Shown: in pieces, positions 8,717 through 17,578 of the stretch | Numbering within the stretch: the stretch's first letter is position 1 | Layout of the letters: every line of letters starts with the position of its first letter | Source: Gemmatimonadota bacterium | GTDB lineage: Bacteria > Gemmatimonadota > Gemmatimonadetes > Palauibacterales > Palauibacteraceae | Length of the DNA stretch: 22,967 bases | Reading direction: 5' to 3' | NCBI GenBank assembly: GCA_039588275.1 | Contig: JBDHAC010000059.1 | Location: 1-22,967, forward strand | Position numbers and translations under genes: made by a program | Notes under the pieces: generated by a model | What the model was told of the DNA's origin: nothing | The model's input: the letters and a program-made list of their open reading frames with translations, nothing else | The model's database searches: none

Positions 8717-11062
8717 TCACGGCGTCAGTGGCCACACCAGCGGCAGGACCAGGAGCGTCACGACGAGGCAGATCAACGTGAGCGGCAGGCCGACCTTGAT
8801 GTAGTCGGTGAATCGGTAGCCCCCGGGCCCCATGATCAGCACGTTCGCGGGGTGGGCCACCGGGCTCATGAAGCTCGCCGAAGCGGAGAGGCCGACGGTC
8901 ATCATCAGGGCATAGGGCGACATACCCAGGTCGGCGGCGGAGTTGATCGCCAGCGGAGCCACCAGGATCGCGACCGCGGACGTGGGCATCACCTGGGCAC
9001 AGGCGGCGCTGAAGAGATACACGCCGGCCACTACCGCGAGTGGTCCGAAGCTGCCCACCGTGCCCACCACACCCCGGGACAGGAGCTCGGCCGCCCCTGT
9101 TTCCTGAAGCGCCAACCCAAGGGGTAGCATCCCCGCGATCAGGAAGACGGCGCGCCACTCGATCGCCCGGTAGGCCTCGTCCATGCTCAGACATCGGGTG
9201 AGCACCATCAGAACGGCCCCGGCCACGGCGGCGATGTAGATAGGGGTCAGCCCGAGGATCACGGAGCCGACGACTCCCGCCATCAGCAGGGCCGAAAGTG
9301 GAGCCTTCTCGCTCAGCGGTGCCTCCTGCGCCTCTACCGTGAGAACCAGGAAGTCCGGCTCGCTACCAAGGAGCTTGAGCTTCTGTCGCGGACCGTGGAG
9401 CAGGAGAGCGTCACCGAACTTGAGCCCGAAGTAGCGGAGGTTTCGGTACACGCTTCCCCCGCGCATCACGGCCACGACGTTCATCCCGTACTTCTCGCGG
9501 AAGTGAATCTCCGGAAGGGTCTTCCCCGCCACCCGGGAGCGAGGTGCCAGCACCAGTTCCGCCAGGCAGACCTGCTCCGACTCGAGGTCTTCCAAATCGA
9601 GCGCCAACTTCGTGTCGATCGGCAGCTCATGCAGCCCCTCGACCGTCCGCAAATCCTCCGGCCGGCCTTTGACAAGGAGCTTGTCTCCGGCCTCGAAGCG
9701 CTCTTCCGGCGGGGGAATCAGCCTTCTATGGCCGGCGCGCTCGATGCACATCACACCGAGGCTGAACACGTCCCCCAGACGGCTCTCGGCGAGCGTCTTG
9801 CCCACGAGAGGTGATTCACCGGGCACCGTGCAGGACATCAGCCGCTCCTCCAGCCCGTAGACCAGAGGGTCGAAGATGGTAGAGACGAGGAACTCGGGAC
9901 TCTCCCCCATCCTCTTCAGCTGGGAGCGGTACCCATGCACCAGAAGAACGTCGCCGGACGCCAGTTCCGTGGTGGCGAGGTGCGTGCGTAGGGGAGCGCC
10001 GTCGCGCCACACGGCCAGCACGAGGCAGCCGTGGAAACGGTGTCGGAAGTCGAGGTCCCGCAGGGTCCTGCCGGCGAGTCGAGAACGGGGCGGGAGCGTC
10101 ACCTCGGCAAAATTCACCTCGGGCGAGATGAGCTCCTCGAGCACTACCGTCTCCGACTCGAGCGAGAGATAATCGGGCCTCCCCAGCGCCTGCAACGTGT
10201 CCCGCTGTCCCTGAACCACGATCCGGTCTCCGGGCTCGAACACGATCGCGGGATCGGGCGCCAGCTCCATATGGCCGCGCCGCTCGATCCCCATGACGTT
10301 GAGCCCGAGCGCGCTCCCCACGCGGCTCTCGGCCAAGCTTTTCCCGACGAGCGGAGAGTCCTGCGGCACGTCCAGAACGAAGAGCCTCTCCTGGAGGCCG
10401 TATACTTGATCCAGATCGACCTCTCCACCGGCCATCTCCCGGGCCGGATCACGGGAGGGCAGGATCCTGCGTCCGATGAGGGACATGTAGGCGATGCCGG
10501 CGACCACCACGGCCGCTCCGACCGGCGTGAAGTCGAAGAACCTGAACGGCTCGAGCCCGTGCTCGTCCAGGGCGGCGCTCACCAGGATGTTGGGTGGCGT
10601 GCCGATGAGCGTCATCAGGCCCCCGAGCAACGAGCTGAAAGCGAGCGGGATCAGGAGCTTGGAGGGGGGGCGCCGGGTTCGTCGCGCGATGTCCATCACC
10701 ACCGGCAGCATGAGCGCGGCCACCCCGACGTTGTTCATGAATGCCGACAGAGTGGCCGCCGTCAGCATGATGATCATGATGAGACGACCCTCGCTGGCCC
10801 CGGCGAGCCGCAGCACACGGCGCCCCAGAATGCCGGCAACACCCGTACGCGCGAGACCGCCGCTCAGGATGAAGACCGCCCACACCGTGATCACCGCGGG
10901 ATTGCTGAACCCGGAGACGGCCTGGGCAGGTGTCAGGAGGCCGCTGAGCGCCAAGCTCGTGAGCACCATGAGCGCCACGAGGTCGACCCGCACCCACTCC
11001 GTCACGAAGAGGGCAACCGCGCCGGCCAGGATCCCGAAGACCAGGGCGATTTCAAGCGTCAC
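8717..11062 (-). CDS. SLC13/CitMHS-type permease with four TrkA_C (RCK_C) domains
   Basis: GTG start with GGAGG RBS. SAFMNN and TLIGTPPN motifs, four S.L.G(K/R)(S/T)L...GD repeats, C-terminal SP...PAN.LIMGPGGYRF.DY.KVG. Confidence 0.92.
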   Translation of the reverse strand: MTLEIALVFGILAGAVALFVTEWVRVDLVALMVLTSLALSGLLTPAQAVSGFSNPAVITVWAVFILSGGLARTGVAGILGRRVLRLAGASEGRLIMIIMLTAATLSAFMNNVGVAALMLPVVMDIARRTRRPPSKLLIPLAFSSLLGGLMTLIGTPPNILVSAALDEHGLEPFRFFDFTPVGAAVVVAGIAYMSLIGRRILPSRDPAREMAGGEVDLDQVYGLQERLFVLDVPQDSPLVGKSLAESRVGSALGLNVMGIERRGHMELAPDPAIVFEPGDRIVVQGQRDTLQALGRPDYLSLESETVVLEELISPEVNFAEVTLPPRSRLAGRTLRDLDFRHRFHGCLVLAVWRDGAPLRTHLATTELASGDVLLVHGYRSQLKRMGESPEFLVSTIFDPLVYGLEERLMSCTVPGESPLVGKTLAESRLGDVFSLGVMCIERAGHRRLIPPPEERFEAGDKLLVKGRPEDLRTVEGLHELPIDTKLALDLEDLESEQVCLAELVLAPRSRVAGKTLPEIHFREKYGMNVVAVMRGGSVYRNLRYFGLKFGDALLLHGPRQKLKLLGSEPDFLVLTVEAQEAPLSEKAPLSALLMAGVVGSVILGLTPIYIAAVAGAVLMVLTRCLSMDEAYRAIEWRAVFLIAGMLPLGLALQETGAAELLSRGVVGTVGSFGPLAVVAGVYLFSAACAQVMPTSAVAILVAPLAINSAADLGMSPYALMMTVGLSASASFMSPVAHPANVLIMGPGGYRFTDYIKVGLPLTLICLVVTLLVLPLVWPLTP

Positions 11063-11080
11063 GGATGGCGTTCCTCCACG

Positions 11081-11266
11081 CTACCTGGCTTCCCGCTCCG
11101 CCAGGTACTCCCGGCACTCGATCTGCTCCAGCGTCCGTGACTCGTCCGTTTGGACGACGAAGTCACCACACTCGCCGTCAGGGGCGGGCTCGAAGGCGTC
11201 GTCGATCAAGGACCGGTAGTCGGTCTCGTAGCGGAGCCACGGCCGGCTGTCGGCCCGTGTCGCGGC
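11081..11266 (-). pseudogene. Start-less 61-codon open frame, in frame with and directly after the FAD oxidase stop; possible gene remnant
   Basis: Manual translation: AATRADSRPWLRYETDYRSLIDDAFEPAPDGECGDFVVQTDESRTLEQIECREYLAEREAR, then TAG. Codons are mostly G/C-ending like neighbouring genes. No in-frame ATG or GTG. Confidence 0.4.
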
Positions 11267-12757
11267 TCAGGTGGCTTCAGCAGGCTCGATGTTGCTGTTC
11301 AGGCGGAACATGTTCATCGGGTCGTACCGGCCCTTGATGCCTCTCAGACGCTCGTACGCTGGGCCGTAGTTCCCCGCCGCCTCTTCGCCCTCGTATTCGA
11401 TGTTGTCGTAGTAGCCGCCCGTGAACGGGGCGAGCTCGGAGTACCATTCGCGGCCGAGCGCCATCGCGCTCTCGTCATCGGCGGGATCGGTCCACGCACC
11501 ACCGATGATGATCATGGTCTCCGCGTTTCGGTGGGGGAACGCGGTAGCGAGCTCGTCGACCCGCTTGACCGCACCCCCCGCCGTATGTGTGAACATCGCC
11601 ATGCGGGGGTCCGGCCGGTACGACTCGATCATCGCATCGATCAGCCCTGGGGTGATCTCCCGGACCATCCCGTTCTTGGCGTACGAACGAATGCCGTGCG
11701 CGAAGTTCTGGTCTTCCTGCGTCTGCATGACCATGTAGTCCTGCATGCCGACGCCGTCCTCGAGCGGCGTGCCCACGGCGCGCAACGGTTCGAGCTCCCG
11801 CTCGCCCGCAGACGGATCGCCAGCATAGACAACCTCCATGGCGAACACACCCCCGTCGGGCGTCGTGACCATGGCGGGTCCGGCATACAGGTCGTCGGAC
11901 AGGCTGCCGTACCAATCGCCGTAGAAGTCGAGGACCTCCCGCGCCTGATCGATGGGCCACACGATCATCCCCGACAGGCAGTTGCGATCGAACGGGTGCA
12001 GTTGAAACTCGAACTGCGTCACGACGCCGAAGTTGCCGCCGCCGCCTCGAATGGCCCAGAACAGATCGGGCTCCTGCTCCTCGCTGATCGTTCGAATCTG
12101 GCCGTCGGCGGTGACGATCTCGGCCGACCTCACGTTGTCCACGGCTAAGCCGAACTTGCGGTTCAGACGCCCGAACCCCCCACCCAGCGTGAACCCGCCC
12201 ACGCCGGTGTGTGACACGACACCGGCAGTCGTGACGAGGCCGTGCGGGAGCGCCGCCGTGTCGAGGCCGTTGAGCAGCGTGCCGCCGCCGGCGAAGGTCC
12301 TCTGCGCCTCGGGGTCGACCGTGACCTCGTTCATCCGGGACAGATCGATCATCATCCCGCCGTCGCAGGAGGATTTGCCGGGCCAGCTGTGGCCACCTCC
12401 TCTCACGGCAACCAGCACCTCGCGTTCGCGCGCGAACGTGACGGCGTGGCTGACGTCCGTGCTGTTCAGACAGCGCGCGATCAGCGCCGGACGCTTGTCG
12501 TGCATGCCGTTCCAGATGCGTCGCGCCGTGTCGTAGTCCGGGTGGCCCGATAGAAGGACCTCGCCCGTCAGGGCGTCGCCGAGCTCGTTGATCGCCGTCT
12601 GCTCTAGCTCGATGTCGTTCCCGGAGAGCGATATTCCGGGGATGCTCGTGTCGGCCCGCGTGCCGCCCGACGGCCGGCGCTCGCAACCTGCCAGGCCCGG
12701 GATGGCGGCGGTCATCCCCGCTGCGATCGCGCTACGACAGAAGTCACGTCGGTCCAT
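11267..12757 (-). CDS. FAD-linked oxidoreductase (FAD_binding_4 plus BBE domain), predicted Tat-exported lipoprotein
   Basis: N-terminal DRRDF twin-arginine motif and LAGC lipobox. RGGGHS flavinylation motif, LFWAIRGGGGNFGVVT, C-terminal NYG..YERL..IK.RYDP.N.FRLN.NI. Confidence 0.93.
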   Translation of the reverse strand: MDRRDFCRSAIAAGMTAAIPGLAGCERRPSGGTRADTSIPGISLSGNDIELEQTAINELGDALTGEVLLSGHPDYDTARRIWNGMHDKRPALIARCLNSTDVSHAVTFAREREVLVAVRGGGHSWPGKSSCDGGMMIDLSRMNEVTVDPEAQRTFAGGGTLLNGLDTAALPHGLVTTAGVVSHTGVGGFTLGGGFGRLNRKFGLAVDNVRSAEIVTADGQIRTISEEQEPDLFWAIRGGGGNFGVVTQFEFQLHPFDRNCLSGMIVWPIDQAREVLDFYGDWYGSLSDDLYAGPAMVTTPDGGVFAMEVVYAGDPSAGERELEPLRAVGTPLEDGVGMQDYMVMQTQEDQNFAHGIRSYAKNGMVREITPGLIDAMIESYRPDPRMAMFTHTAGGAVKRVDELATAFPHRNAETMIIIGGAWTDPADDESAMALGREWYSELAPFTGGYYDNIEYEGEEAAGNYGPAYERLRGIKGRYDPMNMFRLNSNIEPAEAT

Positions 12758-12887
12758 GATCGATCCCCCTTTTCAGCATCTGCTCAAGGCCGGCAGCTGG
12801 CACATCCGCCATTTGTAACGTCGTCGGGCAATACGGATCAAGCAGCGTCTCTTGCTTCGAACGGTCAGAGCGGTGCGCCGGTGACTC

Positions 12888-15236
12888 TCAGCCGCCACCG
12901 GCGGACACCTCAGCCGCCTCCGAGGTGACGGGGAGCGTCGACGGGGCCAGCAAATACTTCACGAAGTGCCGCCGGATCGCCTCGACGAAGTAGGTGCGCT
13001 CGTGCCACGTCCGCGCCCCCGGCGTGTAGCCGTAATGATGGTGCCGCTCGGGTAGCACGATCATGTCGAAGTACTTCCCGGCACGTACCAACGCCTCCAC
13101 CATCGTCATCGTGTGGGCGAACTTCGCGTTCTGATCGCTGGTGCCGATCACGAGCAGGAGATTCCCCTCGAGCCGATCGGCGATCTTCGTGTTCGAGGCG
13201 TTCTCATAACCCTCGGGATTCTCGGCGGGCAGTCCCATGTAGGTCTCGTGCCCCAGATAGTGCGTGGCGTCCGCGACTGGCGACCCGGACGCGCCCGGAT
13301 GATAGACGTCGGGCCGCAGCAGCATGGCCCGAAGGGTGAAATAACCGCCCCAGGAGGCCCCGAAGATGCCGACCCGGTCCAGGTCCATGTACGGCCGCTC
13401 CGCCGCGAGCTGGTGGAGCGTCGCGACGTGGTCGGGGATTTCGTTTCTGCCGAGCTGGCCGTACACGACATCCTGGTACGCTTTGCCCCGGCCCGGCGTC
13501 CCGCGCCCGTCCACGATGAAGACGACGAAGCCCATCTGGGCGAGCGCCTGCGGGAAGACGCCGTGCGGGATCTGATTGAAGGACCGGGGAGCCCAGGTCG
13601 TCTGGGGTCCCGAGTAGATGTGCTCGATGACCGGGTACTTCCGGCTCGGGTCGAAGTCCGCCGGCTTGTAGAGAACCCCGTACAGATCGGTTTCTCCGTC
13701 ATCGGCCTTGACGACGAACTCTTCGGGCGGGCTCCAATCGATCTCGGGGGGAAGATCGGGCTCCGCCTCCGCCAAGACCCGGATCAGTCGCCCGTCCGCG
13801 CCGCGCAGCTCGGTCCGGGGTGGATGCCGGACGGTCGAATAGGTGTCGAGGAAGTAATCCCCCGACGGAGAGAACCGGACGGTGTGATTGCCGGTCCCCT
13901 CCGTGAGCCGTTGCCGCTCCCCACCGGCCAGGGGGACCCGGTACAGATGCGTGTCGTACAGCCGCGGCGCCCCGAGCCCCGGATCGATCTCGGTCGCCTC
14001 TGCGGGGGCGGTGAAGTAGGCGTATCCCTCGTCCAGGTCGGTTCGAAGGAACGAGAGGACCGGCCACTCACCGCTCGTCAGACGGCCGAGCAGGTTCCCA
14101 TCCCGATCGTACCGGTAGATGTGGGCCCAGCCGTCGCGCTCCGAGACCCACAGGAGCTCATCGTCGAGTCCTCGGCGCATCCCCACCAGCCTGGCGAAGG
14201 TCTCGGAGGTCTCGGTAATGAGCGTTCGAACCGCCCCGGTCTCCGGATCCGCCGCGAGGATCTCGAGCTGTCGGCGCGGACGATCCGTTCGCATCAGGAT
14301 GACTTCCGATCCGTCGTGCCTCCAGCCGAGGATCACCAGATAGCGGTCCGTCTCATCGCCCACGTCGATTCGGACCGGCTCGCCGCCCTGGACGTCGAGC
14401 ACGTACAGCTCCGAGCGGGGCAGAGGGTCGCCCGGCTCCGGATAGTACCACCATTCCACCGTCTCCTTGGGGCCGAGCCAGTGGACGAGCGGCGAGAACG
14501 TCAGCCCACGCTCGTCCACCTTCGCGCTCGCGAGCCGGCGCGAGTCGGGTGACCAGCGGGAGGTGCTCAAGTCCCAGGCGAATCGCTCCTGCCCGTCGCG
14601 GGTCAGTCGATGCTTCACCCCATCGTACGCGGAGCGCAGCCACAGGTCGTGCTCCTTCTCGGTGAGCAGCCAACGGCGATCCGGCGAGCGGGCCTCGCGG
14701 ATGGGCGGCCGTCCCACCCACGTGCTCCAGCGGACGATCCGCGGTGTCGACCAGTCGCCCCGGCCCTCCAGGTCCGTGTCTTCCGGGATCTCCGTCAGCC
14801 CATAGCCGTCGAGATCGAGATCGAACCGGCGCCCTGCCACTTCGAAGCTCGCGGCGCCGCCCGAGATCGTGAAGGTCTCGAACGGCACGCCCCGACCGGG
14901 CGGTTCGTGGCCCAGGGCTTCCGCCAGTGCCCGCCGCAGCCTCGCCACCTCGAACATCGGTGCGACCTCGCCTGCAGTCGGATCGACGCGATGGATCCGC
15001 ACGTCTCCGGTCTCCGTCCCTTCGGCGTACCAGAAGGAGTCGCCGTCCAGCCAATGCGGCTGGACCTCTCCACCCCGCACCAGGTCCGGGAACTCCAGAT
15101 AACGGCGGAAACTCGCTTCGCGGCTCGCCAGCTCAGCCGCAGAGGGGTAGTCCGCAGAGGGGTCCTCCTGAGCGCCCAGGGGCGCCACCGGAAAGATCGC
15201 GCTCACCATGAAGGCGACGGCTACGCGAGTGCTCAT
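12888..15236 (-). CDS. S9 family peptidase (DPP IV N-terminal propeller plus catalytic domain), secreted
   Basis: GGAGGAG RBS and signal peptide ending LGA-Q. KP.DFDP..KYPVI..IY.GPQ, nucleophile GASWGG, Asp in SDQNA, His in ERHH. Confidence 0.93.
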   Translation of the reverse strand: MSTRVAVAFMVSAIFPVAPLGAQEDPSADYPSAAELASREASFRRYLEFPDLVRGGEVQPHWLDGDSFWYAEGTETGDVRIHRVDPTAGEVAPMFEVARLRRALAEALGHEPPGRGVPFETFTISGGAASFEVAGRRFDLDLDGYGLTEIPEDTDLEGRGDWSTPRIVRWSTWVGRPPIREARSPDRRWLLTEKEHDLWLRSAYDGVKHRLTRDGQERFAWDLSTSRWSPDSRRLASAKVDERGLTFSPLVHWLGPKETVEWWYYPEPGDPLPRSELYVLDVQGGEPVRIDVGDETDRYLVILGWRHDGSEVILMRTDRPRRQLEILAADPETGAVRTLITETSETFARLVGMRRGLDDELLWVSERDGWAHIYRYDRDGNLLGRLTSGEWPVLSFLRTDLDEGYAYFTAPAEATEIDPGLGAPRLYDTHLYRVPLAGGERQRLTEGTGNHTVRFSPSGDYFLDTYSTVRHPPRTELRGADGRLIRVLAEAEPDLPPEIDWSPPEEFVVKADDGETDLYGVLYKPADFDPSRKYPVIEHIYSGPQTTWAPRSFNQIPHGVFPQALAQMGFVVFIVDGRGTPGRGKAYQDVVYGQLGRNEIPDHVATLHQLAAERPYMDLDRVGIFGASWGGYFTLRAMLLRPDVYHPGASGSPVADATHYLGHETYMGLPAENPEGYENASNTKIADRLEGNLLLVIGTSDQNAKFAHTMTMVEALVRAGKYFDMIVLPERHHHYGYTPGARTWHERTYFVEAIRRHFVKYLLAPSTLPVTSEAAEVSAGGG

Positions 15237-15512
15237 CGGACTCCTCCGTCAGGACGAGGTGGGAAGCCGGGTGCGCAGGCCGGACCACGCGTCCGCCTTC
15301 CCGGTCGGCGGCGGGAGTGGAAGTTGCACGAAGCGGGATGCGGTCGCCAGACGGTTCAGGGCAACGCTCGCCGAGCTGCCCTCAGCTACACGGCTGCTCT
15401 GTCCATCCCGCGTCTGTCCTGCATAGAATAGGGTGCCCTGGCAGGCAGCGGCTTCGAGGCAGGACAGAGGGAGCGAGAGCCTGACACACACGACTGCTGC
15501 GGGGTTTGAGCC

Positions 15513-17327
15513 ATGGACGGCATCCGGGCGTTCTTCCACGAACAGCGGCGCCGCAAGGTGTTTCGGAGTGCCGCGCTGTACATCGTCGCCGCATGGGTCG
15601 TACTGCAGGTGGCCGACCTGGCCTTTCCCGGTCTCGGGATCGCTGAAGAAGCGATTCGCTACGTGTGGATCGGCGTCTTTGGCGGCTTCCCGTTGGCGTT
15701 GGTGTTCGCGTGGCGCTACCAGATCACGGCGCAGGGCATCGTCCGGACTGCACCGCTCGCTGCGGGTGAAGCCCCGGGTGAAACGGCGACTCTCCCGCTG
15801 GACAAGCCCGACTATCTGCTTCTCGGTGCGATACTCCTGGTGGCGGGCGGCGTCGCCTACCAGCTCGTCTCCGAGATCCGTCAGGTTCCCCGCTCGGTGG
15901 CCTTCACGCGTGAGATTCCCTTCAACTCGATCGCCGTGCTGCCGCTGCAAAACGTGACCGGAGATCCCGAGCAGGAGTACTTCGTCGCCGGGATGCACGA
16001 CGCTCTGATCACCGACCTGTCGAAGATCAGCGCGCTCAAAGTCATCTCACGCAGCTCCGCCAACGTGTACAAGAACGTCGTCCAACCGATACGACAGACG
16101 GGTTTCGAACTCGGGGTCGCCCATGTCATCGAAGGCTCGGTGTTCCGGGCCGGCGACCAGGTGCGGGTCAACCTGCAGCTGATCGACGCGGCGACCGACC
16201 GGAACCTCTGGTCGGAGAGTTACGAGCGTGATGTCCGGGATCTGGTCGTCCTGCAAGGAGAGTTGGCTCGAAACGTAGCCGAACGAGTTCAGGTCGAATT
16301 GACGCCGGATGAGGAAGCGCGGCTGACGCGTGCGCGCGAGGTCGATCCGGAAACCTATGAGGCCTACCTGAAAGGCATGTTCCATCTGAGACAATACACG
16401 CCCGAAGGGATCCAGAAAGGCCTGGAGTACCTGCAAGAAGCCATCGCGAAGAACCCCGAGAATGCCGGGGCTCACGCCGGACTGGCGCTCGGTTACAACA
16501 CGATCGGGCATGGCGTCGGGCGCGATGCTTTCCCAACCGCGATTGCCGCAGCGCGCAGGGCGCTAGAGCTCGATGAGTACTCCGGCGAGGCGTGGGCCGC
16601 CCTGGCCGAAGCGCAGGTGTATTACGACTGGGATTGGGAGGCGGCGGAAGAGTCCTATGGCCGCGCCTTGCAGCTGAGTCCGAATCTCGATCACGCGCGC
16701 GCGCATCACGCGTACTTGCTGGTGTTGTTGGGGCGCTGGGAGGACTCATTCGCTGAAGCGGAGAGAGCCCGTCAACTCAGTCCGCTCGACCCGACGTGGG
16801 CCGCGTTCGCCGCCTGGCTGTATATGCTCGATGAGCGATACGACGAGGCGTATACCGCCGCCTACGAGTCGCTGGAGCTGAATCCCGACATGCCGTTGGG
16901 GAGATACGTGCTCGTGCACATTCTGACCTCTCAGGGACGGATTGAAGAAGCGATTGAAGTAGCGGAGAGGATGCCTCGGGATCACCCGGTATCGAGATGG
17001 GCATTGGGTCCGACCTATGCGATGGCCGGTCAGCACGATGAAGCCCGTCAGATCGCCGCCGAGCTGGCCGAGGATCCTGGACCGAAGGACAAGCTGAGCC
17101 TGGCTTTCACGTATGCGGGTCTCGGCGAGCATGACGAAGCGATGCGGTGGCTCGAGTCGTGTTACGAGACGCGGGTCGATTGGCTACCGTGGATCGCGAG
17201 TCCCAATGCCTACGGCGGAGTGCTCGAACCACTACGCGGTGATCCTCGCTTTCAGGCGCTCATCGACAGGCTCGGTCTTTCGGTCGCGGATTCGCTCGCT
17301 TCGGAGATCGGTAGCCGGACGGAGTGA
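15513..17327 (+). CDS. Membrane-anchored TolB-N-like domain plus TPR protein
   Basis: N-terminal RRRKVFR.A..Y...AW..LQVAD TM module, SIAVLPL.N..GD.EQEYF..G, LKVISRSS, EGSV.R.GD.VRV..QLIDA..D..LWSE.YER, TPR helices, LRGDPRFQAL end. Confidence 0.9.
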   Translation: MDGIRAFFHEQRRRKVFRSAALYIVAAWVVLQVADLAFPGLGIAEEAIRYVWIGVFGGFPLALVFAWRYQITAQGIVRTAPLAAGEAPGETATLPLDKPDYLLLGAILLVAGGVAYQLVSEIRQVPRSVAFTREIPFNSIAVLPLQNVTGDPEQEYFVAGMHDALITDLSKISALKVISRSSANVYKNVVQPIRQTGFELGVAHVIEGSVFRAGDQVRVNLQLIDAATDRNLWSESYERDVRDLVVLQGELARNVAERVQVELTPDEEARLTRAREVDPETYEAYLKGMFHLRQYTPEGIQKGLEYLQEAIAKNPENAGAHAGLALGYNTIGHGVGRDAFPTAIAAARRALELDEYSGEAWAALAEAQVYYDWDWEAAEESYGRALQLSPNLDHARAHHAYLLVLLGRWEDSFAEAERARQLSPLDPTWAAFAAWLYMLDERYDEAYTAAYESLELNPDMPLGRYVLVHILTSQGRIEEAIEVAERMPRDHPVSRWALGPTYAMAGQHDEARQIAAELAEDPGPKDKLSLAFTYAGLGEHDEAMRWLESCYETRVDWLPWIASPNAYGGVLEPLRGDPRFQALIDRLGLSVADSLASEIGSRTE

Positions 17328-17424
17328 TTCCGGGGCTCGAGGAGATCCGCGGCTCACCAGGCTGTTGAGCTTTGCGTGTCCAGCTCGTGCAAACTCAAGG
17401 GGCGCGCGTCTCGGGAGAGGCCCT

Positions 17425-17438
17425 CCCCCCCCCCCCCC
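17425..17438. repeat. Poly-C homopolymer (C14)
   Basis: 14 consecutive C in the intergenic region, about 140 nt upstream of the ATG at 17579. Confidence 0.9.
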
Positions 17439-17458
17439 GGCGATCACGGAGCCCTGCC

Positions 17459-17507
17459 GCAACCTTCTGAACCTCTCGCCTGTCTACCTTTGGTAGTTCA
17501 TGTAGAC
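17459..17507 (+). promoter_or_regulatory. Candidate ECF-sigma promoter overlapped by an inverted repeat
   Basis: GCAACCT-N16-GTCTAC resembles the ECF AAC/GTC pattern. GTCTAC(17482-17487)-N14-GTAGAC(17502-17507) is an inverted repeat. Confidence 0.35.
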
Positions 17508-17578
17508 TGTCATGGCTGTTGCCGGGGCCCCGTCCGCCCGGCATCGATCCGCTGTGTCTCTCGAGAGTGAGCCGCACC

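Noticed and set aside
8562..9194. 700-aa version of the serine hydrolase
   Set aside because: The extra 211 codons overlap the SLC13 gene in another frame and look non-coding. RBS and signal peptide are at 8561.
15513..17327. Adenylate cyclase or Ser/Thr kinase call for the TolB-like TPR protein
   Set aside because: No cyclase or kinase domain is present, only the TM, TolB-N-like and TPR parts.
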